Below are positions 28,046-32,000 of a stretch of DNA of 32,000 nucleotides, one piece after another. This stretch comes from Candidatus Iainarchaeum sp. (GTDB lineage Archaea > Iainarchaeota > Iainarchaeia > Iainarchaeales > CSSED10-239), in the NCBI GenBank assembly GCA_028700905.1, contig JAQVRT010000002.1:10840-42839 (forward strand), in the 5' to 3' direction. The notes beneath the pieces are model-generated. The model was not told the DNA's origin. It was given only the letters and a program-made list of their open reading frames with translations, and did not search any database. A program made the position numbers and the translations under genes. The first letter of the stretch is position 1. Each line of letters begins with the position of its first letter.

Positions 28046-29191
28046 ATGGATTCAAAAAAATTAGAACTTTTAAAAAATGATTTAGAAAAAAATAAATCAA
28101 AAAAAGATGACTTAGATGTAGATTTAGATGCTGTTCAAAATATTGTTAAAAAGATGAAAGAAAAGGACAAAAATATTACATCTGAATCTTTATCTGAAGG
28201 TCATTTAAAAGAACTAAGAGAAGTAATCTCTCAAGGTAGACTTTCTCAGTTTGATGTTGATGCTGAAAATAAATTAGCTGCAAATACAGAAGGTGCACTT
28301 GAGAAAAGTGCTGCAAAATATTATAGACCTTTTAAGAAATTAATTGATTCTGTGGTTTTATATATTTTAAAGAATCCATTAGGTAAAAAAATATCTTATT
28401 ATTTAACCTCTGCAAACTATAAAAGAACATTAGTGCAACATTTAGTTCTTTCAACAATCTTTTCTTTATTGATTGCAAGTTTTTTATCTTTTTTATTATT
28501 AATTATTTTTGTTGCAACAATGCCTTTATGGACAGTTAGTATACTTTTTATATGGCCAATATTATTTTTAGTATTTGTATTTATTTTATCATACGTTATT
28601 CCAATGCAGAAAGCAAAATCCAGAGGAGTTTATATTGATATTGAACTGCCTTTTGCTTTAAGACATATTGCAACAGAACTTCAAGCAGGTATTGGACTTT
28701 ACAAAGTACTTCAATCTGTTGCTGCAAATGACTATGGTGTATTATCAGAAGAAATGAATAGAACTATTTTAGAAATTGAAAATGGTACTGATACAAAAAC
28801 AGCTTTAAGACATTCTGCATTAAGAAGTCAATCTAAAAATTATAATATTGCACTTTTCCACATTGTAAGAACATTAAATACTGGTGGTAATTTAGCAAAT
28901 ACAATTAATAGTGTTGCAGACACAGTATCTTTTGATCTTTTAGAGTCTACTAAAACATTTGGAGAAAAAATGAATTTCTTCGGAATTATTTTTATTTTCA
29001 TGGCTATTGTTATGCCTGTATTTGCAGCTATTTTAGGTGCAATTGCAAATGCTCCTCTTGGACAAGATGGTGCTTTGTTTTTACCAGGTGTTATGACACC
29101 AACAACATTAACTTTAATTTATGCTGTGGCATTACCTGTAATATTCATCTTTTTAATCTATTATATTAAAATGATTGAACCAAAAATGTGA
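28046..29191 (+). CDS. Pilus platform membrane protein, single T2SSF domain (TadC/EpdJ/K-like)
   Basis: T2SSF block DIELPFALRHIATELQAGIGLYKVLQSVAANDYGVLSEEMNRTILEIENGTDTKTAL flanked by TM helices. N-terminal ~110-aa soluble charged region. Confidence 0.8.
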   Translation: MDSKKLELLKNDLEKNKSKKDDLDVDLDAVQNIVKKMKEKDKNITSESLSEGHLKELREVISQGRLSQFDVDAENKLAANTEGALEKSAAKYYRPFKKLIDSVVLYILKNPLGKKISYYLTSANYKRTLVQHLVLSTIFSLLIASFLSFLLLIIFVATMPLWTVSILFIWPILFLVFVFILSYVIPMQKAKSRGVYIDIELPFALRHIATELQAGIGLYKVLQSVAANDYGVLSEEMNRTILEIENGTDTKTALRHSALRSQSKNYNIALFHIVRTLNTGGNLANTINSVADTVSFDLLESTKTFGEKMNFFGIIFIFMAIVMPVFAAILGAIANAPLGQDGALFLPGVMTPTTLTLIYAVALPVIFIFLIYYIKMIEPKM

Positions 29192-29197
29192 TTTTAT

Positions 29198-30094
29198 TTG
29201 AGTAAAGTATTAGACAGATATCAAGTATTTTTATATGCTTTAAAAATAAAGATTCCTGCAAAAATATGGATTGTTTTAATCTTTTTTGCAAGTGTATTCT
29301 TAGGAATAATTGGTTATTTCTTAGATATTAAAATTGGACTTTTATTATTTGTAAATGCATTAGTTTTAGGTCTTGGACTTCCAATGTATCTTTATTTTAA
29401 AAAGATTAGAGCAATTGAAAGATATTGGCCAGATTCTTTGAAGTTAATTGCAGACACTATGAAGGCTGGTTCTTCATTTGATTTTGCTTTAAGAGAAGTA
29501 TCCACTGCTGATTTTGGACCTCTTTCTTTTGAAATTAATGAAGCTATCAGAAGACTTGAGATGGGAGATTCAATGTATGTTGCTTTAAGTTATTTATCTT
29601 TAAGAATTGAATCTAAAATTGTAAGAAGAACAATTACTTTAATTCAAGAATCTTTAAGAACAGGTGCTCAACTTGCAGATGTTTTAGAAGAAATTGCAAA
29701 TGATACTAAACAATTATTTAGAGTAAAAAAAGAAAGACAAACAAAAACAATGCTTCAAACAATTTTTATTGTTGCAGCATCTGCAATTGTTGCACCTTTT
29801 ATTTTTGGAATGACAAGAGTAATTACAGGTTTTTTAACAGATATTGCTGCAAACTCAGGAATTGCAGCAGCAGAGGCTTTACAAGTTTCTTTAGATGCTC
29901 AAAAAACAATCTTTTTACTTTTAGATATTTATATTGTAATTGAAATATTTGCAGCTTCTGCAATGATTAGTGTTATGAGAGAAGGAGATTTAAGCTTTGT
30001 AGTTTTATTTTTCCCTGTATTAATTACTATTGGATATATAGTATATTTTATTTCTCAAGTAATACTAAATTTAATGCTTTCAGGAATGGTTTAG
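29198..30094 (+). CDS. Pilus platform membrane protein, single T2SSF domain (TadB/EpdJ/K-like)
   Basis: T2SSF block WPDSLKLIADTMKAGSSFDFALREVSTADFGPLSFEINEAIRRLEMGDSMYVAL with flanking TM helices. Apparent TTG start 6 nt after the preceding stop. Confidence 0.75.
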   Translation: MSKVLDRYQVFLYALKIKIPAKIWIVLIFFASVFLGIIGYFLDIKIGLLLFVNALVLGLGLPMYLYFKKIRAIERYWPDSLKLIADTMKAGSSFDFALREVSTADFGPLSFEINEAIRRLEMGDSMYVALSYLSLRIESKIVRRTITLIQESLRTGAQLADVLEEIANDTKQLFRVKKERQTKTMLQTIFIVAASAIVAPFIFGMTRVITGFLTDIAANSGIAAAEALQVSLDAQKTIFLLLDIYIVIEIFAASAMISVMREGDLSFVVLFFPVLITIGYIVYFISQVILNLMLSGMV

Positions 30095-30096
30095 AT

Positions 30097-30270
30097 ATGA
30101 AGTTTAAAAGATTAATAAAAGATAATAAAGGACAAGTTTCTTTAGAATTTATAATTATTACAGGTGTTGTAATATTAGTTGCGTTAACTGTTGGAATTTT
30201 TGTAAAACAGACTTCTGCAAAGAATGTTAAGACTGCAACTGACTATCAATCAATAGTTAATAATAGTTAA
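30097..30270 (+). CDS. Short class III signal-peptide pilin-like protein (57 aa), absent from the supplied ORF track
   Basis: Hand translation: MKFKRLIKDNKGQVSLEFIIITGVVILVALTVGIFVKQTSAKNVKTATDYQSIVNNS. It has a basic leader, KG|Q cleavage-type motif, Glu at +5 and a hydrophobic helix. The ATG is 2 nt after the upstream stop codon. Confidence 0.7.
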   Translation: MKFKRLIKDNKGQVSLEFIIITGVVILVALTVGIFVKQTSAKNVKTATDYQSIVNNS

Positions 30271-30403
30271 AGGTTTGAAATATTAAAAAGAAACATATAT
30301 AAATATATTGTATGTAATATTTTAATTAATTTAACTAGTACAAGTTATTAGTTATACACTTTATGTGTGATGTTTAAAAAAATATAAAAAAGGTGTTTTA
30401 AAA

Positions 30404-30940
30404 ATGAATAAAAAATTTAAAGGACAAGGTGCTCTTGAGTATCTTCTTTTAATCGGTGGTGCAGTATTAATCGCTGTTATTGTTATTGCATTACTTGTTG
30501 GTATGGGTGGACAATCTAGAGATCAAGCAGCTGCACAAGCAGACAAAGCTGGACAAGCTTTAGACGTGCCTCAACCATCACAAATCGTTTCTGTTTCTGC
30601 AAGATACACAGACTGTAATCTTGATTCAGGTACATTAGATGGTCTTGTAACTTTATCATGGAGACCATTAGGTGAAGGTGGAAGTCACGCATTACAAATT
30701 TATGACTCAAGTAAAAATGAAATTACTGGTCTTACAGGTACATATGCTGATGGTACTGCAATTGTATTTAATGACTTAAATCCAAATCAAGTAACAGGTC
30801 TTAGTATCACAGTTCCTAATATTAACGGTACTGCTACAACAAATAAATGTGGAGATTCTTACTACATTTATATTTCAACTACAAAGAATAACCAAACTGT
30901 TACATCACAAGGTTACTCATTCGGTTGGACAGATCAATAG
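30404..30940 (+). CDS. Class III signal-peptide (type IV) pilin with beta-sandwich (FN3/Ig-like) C-terminal domain; probable major pilin
   Basis: MNKKFKG|QGALEYLLLIGGAVLIAVIVIALLV. Own AT-rich upstream region and GGTG Shine-Dalgarno motif. Visibly less AT-biased codon choice than its neighbours. Two Cys, NGT and NQT sequons. Followed by a strong hairpin plus T-tract. Confidence 0.85.
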   Translation: MNKKFKGQGALEYLLLIGGAVLIAVIVIALLVGMGGQSRDQAAAQADKAGQALDVPQPSQIVSVSARYTDCNLDSGTLDGLVTLSWRPLGEGGSHALQIYDSSKNEITGLTGTYADGTAIVFNDLNPNQVTGLSITVPNINGTATTNKCGDSYYIYISTTKNNQTVTSQGYSFGWTDQ

Positions 30941-30954
30941 ATTTAATATAGTTT

Positions 30955-31000
30955 AAAATATAGCTTTAACTAGCTATATTTTATTTTATATTTTTTTTAT
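30955..31000 (+). terminator. Hairpin plus T-tract terminator after the major pilin gene
   Basis: Perfect 11-bp stem AAAATATAGCT (30955..30965) / AGCTATATTTT (30972..30982) with a 6-nt loop, followed by T-rich runs (TTTTATTTTATATTTTTTTTAT). Confidence 0.6.
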
Positions 31001-31040
31001 TTTATATTTTTAATAATTACTAAAAAATAATTTGATATTT

Positions 31041-31508
31041 ATGATAAATTTAAAACCACAAAAAGGACAAGGAGCAATGGAATATTTGCTTTTAATTGGT
31101 GCTACTATAATTATTGCAATTTCTGTGATTATTTTAATAACTAATATGAATGCTTCTAATAGAGAGGCTGCTTTAGAGCAAGATAAAGCTATTACAACTA
31201 TTTTAGATAATACTTTAGTTCCACCAATTGTTACAAGTGTTGATTGTGAGGCTAGAGGAGATGTAACTATTAATTTAGTGTCTTCTGCTCCAAATACAGG
31301 TTATAGAATTAAAATAGATAATAATGATCCTTATCCAACAGGAACAGATGTTTTATATGTTCAAGAAGGAACTAGTGTTTTAAAAGTTCCTGCTAGCCTA
31401 TTAGGCACAACATCAGCTGGAACTGAATATGAAGTTTCTGTTATAACTGTTAAAAATAATGTTCATTCAAGACCATCAACTCCTGCATCTTCATGTGTTG
31501 CAAGGTAA
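31041..31508 (+). CDS. Class III signal-peptide pilin with FN3-like C-terminal domain
   Basis: ATG at 31041 gives MINLKPQKG|QGAMEYLLLIGATIIIAISVIILI; the track start at 31032 is a TTG. The C-terminal YEVSVITVKNNVHSRPS resembles an FN3 G-strand signature. Two Cys. Confidence 0.8.
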   Translation: MINLKPQKGQGAMEYLLLIGATIIIAISVIILITNMNASNREAALEQDKAITTILDNTLVPPIVTSVDCEARGDVTINLVSSAPNTGYRIKIDNNDPYPTGTDVLYVQEGTSVLKVPASLLGTTSAGTEYEVSVITVKNNVHSRPSTPASSCVAR

Positions 31509-31531
31509 TTAAAATATAGTGATTATATATT

Positions 31532-31720
31532 ATGAATAGATTAAATTTACTTTTAAATGACCAAAGAGGTCAAGTTTCTATTGAATATTTAATCATGATT
31601 GTTTTTGGTATGATTTTAGTAATTACAACTGGTATTGTTATATTAAATTTAAATAGTTTTATAACTGTTGCAAAATCTAAAATATTAACTTATAGAGATA
31701 ATATTTTAGCTTCTTTATAA
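31532..31720 (+). CDS. Short class III signal-peptide pilin-like protein (62 aa)
   Basis: MNRLNLLLNDQRG|QVSIEYLIMIVFGMILVITTGIVIL. Same architecture as the 30097 ORF: leader, G|Q, Glu+5, one helix and a short tail. Confidence 0.7.
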   Translation: MNRLNLLLNDQRGQVSIEYLIMIVFGMILVITTGIVILNLNSFITVAKSKILTYRDNILASL

Positions 31721-31745
31721 ATAATTTTTGTTGAGAAAATAATGT

Positions 31746-32000
31746 ATGTTTAACTTTCCTTTTTTTGCATTTTCAATAACTTTATTATTTTTATTATTTG
31801 CAAGTTATTATGATATTAAAAAAAGAATTGTTCCAAATTTTTTAGTTTTATATTTATTGATTATAGGTGTTATTTTTAAAATTATAGAAACAATTTATTT
31901 TTCACAAATATCTATTCTTCTTAATGCTCTTTTATCTTTCGGGATAACATTTATTGTAGGTTATATTCTTTGGGAATTTGGTTTTTTTGCAGGTGGTGAT
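31746..32000 (+). CDS. Prepilin/preflagellin peptidase (A24 family, PibD/EppA/FlaK/TadV-like), 3-prime partial
   Basis: Hand translation from the ATG at 31746: MFNFPFFAFSITLLFLLFASYYDIKKRIVPNF...WEFGFFAGGD. It contains the first catalytic Asp block (YDIKKRIVPN) and reaches the GxGD-type second Asp block (AGGD) exactly at the window edge. The frame is open to position 32000. Confidence 0.75.
   Translation, partial: MFNFPFFAFSITLLFLLFASYYDIKKRIVPNFLVLYLLIIGVIFKIIETIYFSQISILLNALLSFGITFIVGYILWEFGFFAGGD

Noticed and set aside
30516-30710. 64-aa minus-strand ORF inside the major pilin gene
   Set aside because: Antisense shadow of a gene with a clear class III signal peptide and expression signals.
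31245-31265. RGD tripeptide (CEARGDVTI) in the second long pilin, as an integrin-type adhesion motif
   Set aside because: A tripeptide occurs frequently by chance, and integrin ligands have no known relevance for archaeal hosts. It is mentioned only in case the structural context later makes it exposed.

Overview
Strongly AT-rich, very gene-dense archaeal chromosome segment. Archaeal hallmarks: TFE, aTrm56, RFC small subunit, Cdc48/VCP, a XerA-type tyrosine recombinase, an initiator tRNA with an A1:U72 pair, and class III signal-peptide pilins. The Asn/Lys/Ile-rich proteins, tiny spacers and overlapping convergent stop codons suggest a streamlined DPANN-like genome (inference). Left to right: two C-terminally anchored surface proteins (the first runs off the 5-prime edge); a bacterial-type mutS-mutL pair; a tRNA-Phe/Lys/Lys cluster; trm56 and tfe; initiator tRNA-Met; an unusually long intergenic region packed with the palindromic octamer GTAATTAC around an orphan gene; a second orphan gene; a PRC-barrel gene bracketed by a G/C-containing inverted repeat next to xerA; a cobA-nrdJ-dut nucleotide operon; cdc48; a minus-strand string (membrane protein, MiaB-like methylthiotransferase, membrane protein, Lrp/AsnC regulator, type IA topoisomerase); a SpoIIM-like membrane protein; rfcS. 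The window ends with a complete Epd/Tad-like type IV pilus locus: ATPase with a long disordered N-terminal extension, two separate TadB/TadC-like platform proteins, four class III signal-peptide pilins (one missing from the ORF track), and a prepilin peptidase cut by the 3-prime edge. No CRISPR array, rRNA, transposase or intein was seen. The best leads are the GTAATTAC operator/iteron-like array, with an 18-nt copy upstream of a pilin gene, the pilus locus with FN3-like pilins, and the inverted repeat beside the recombinase gene.
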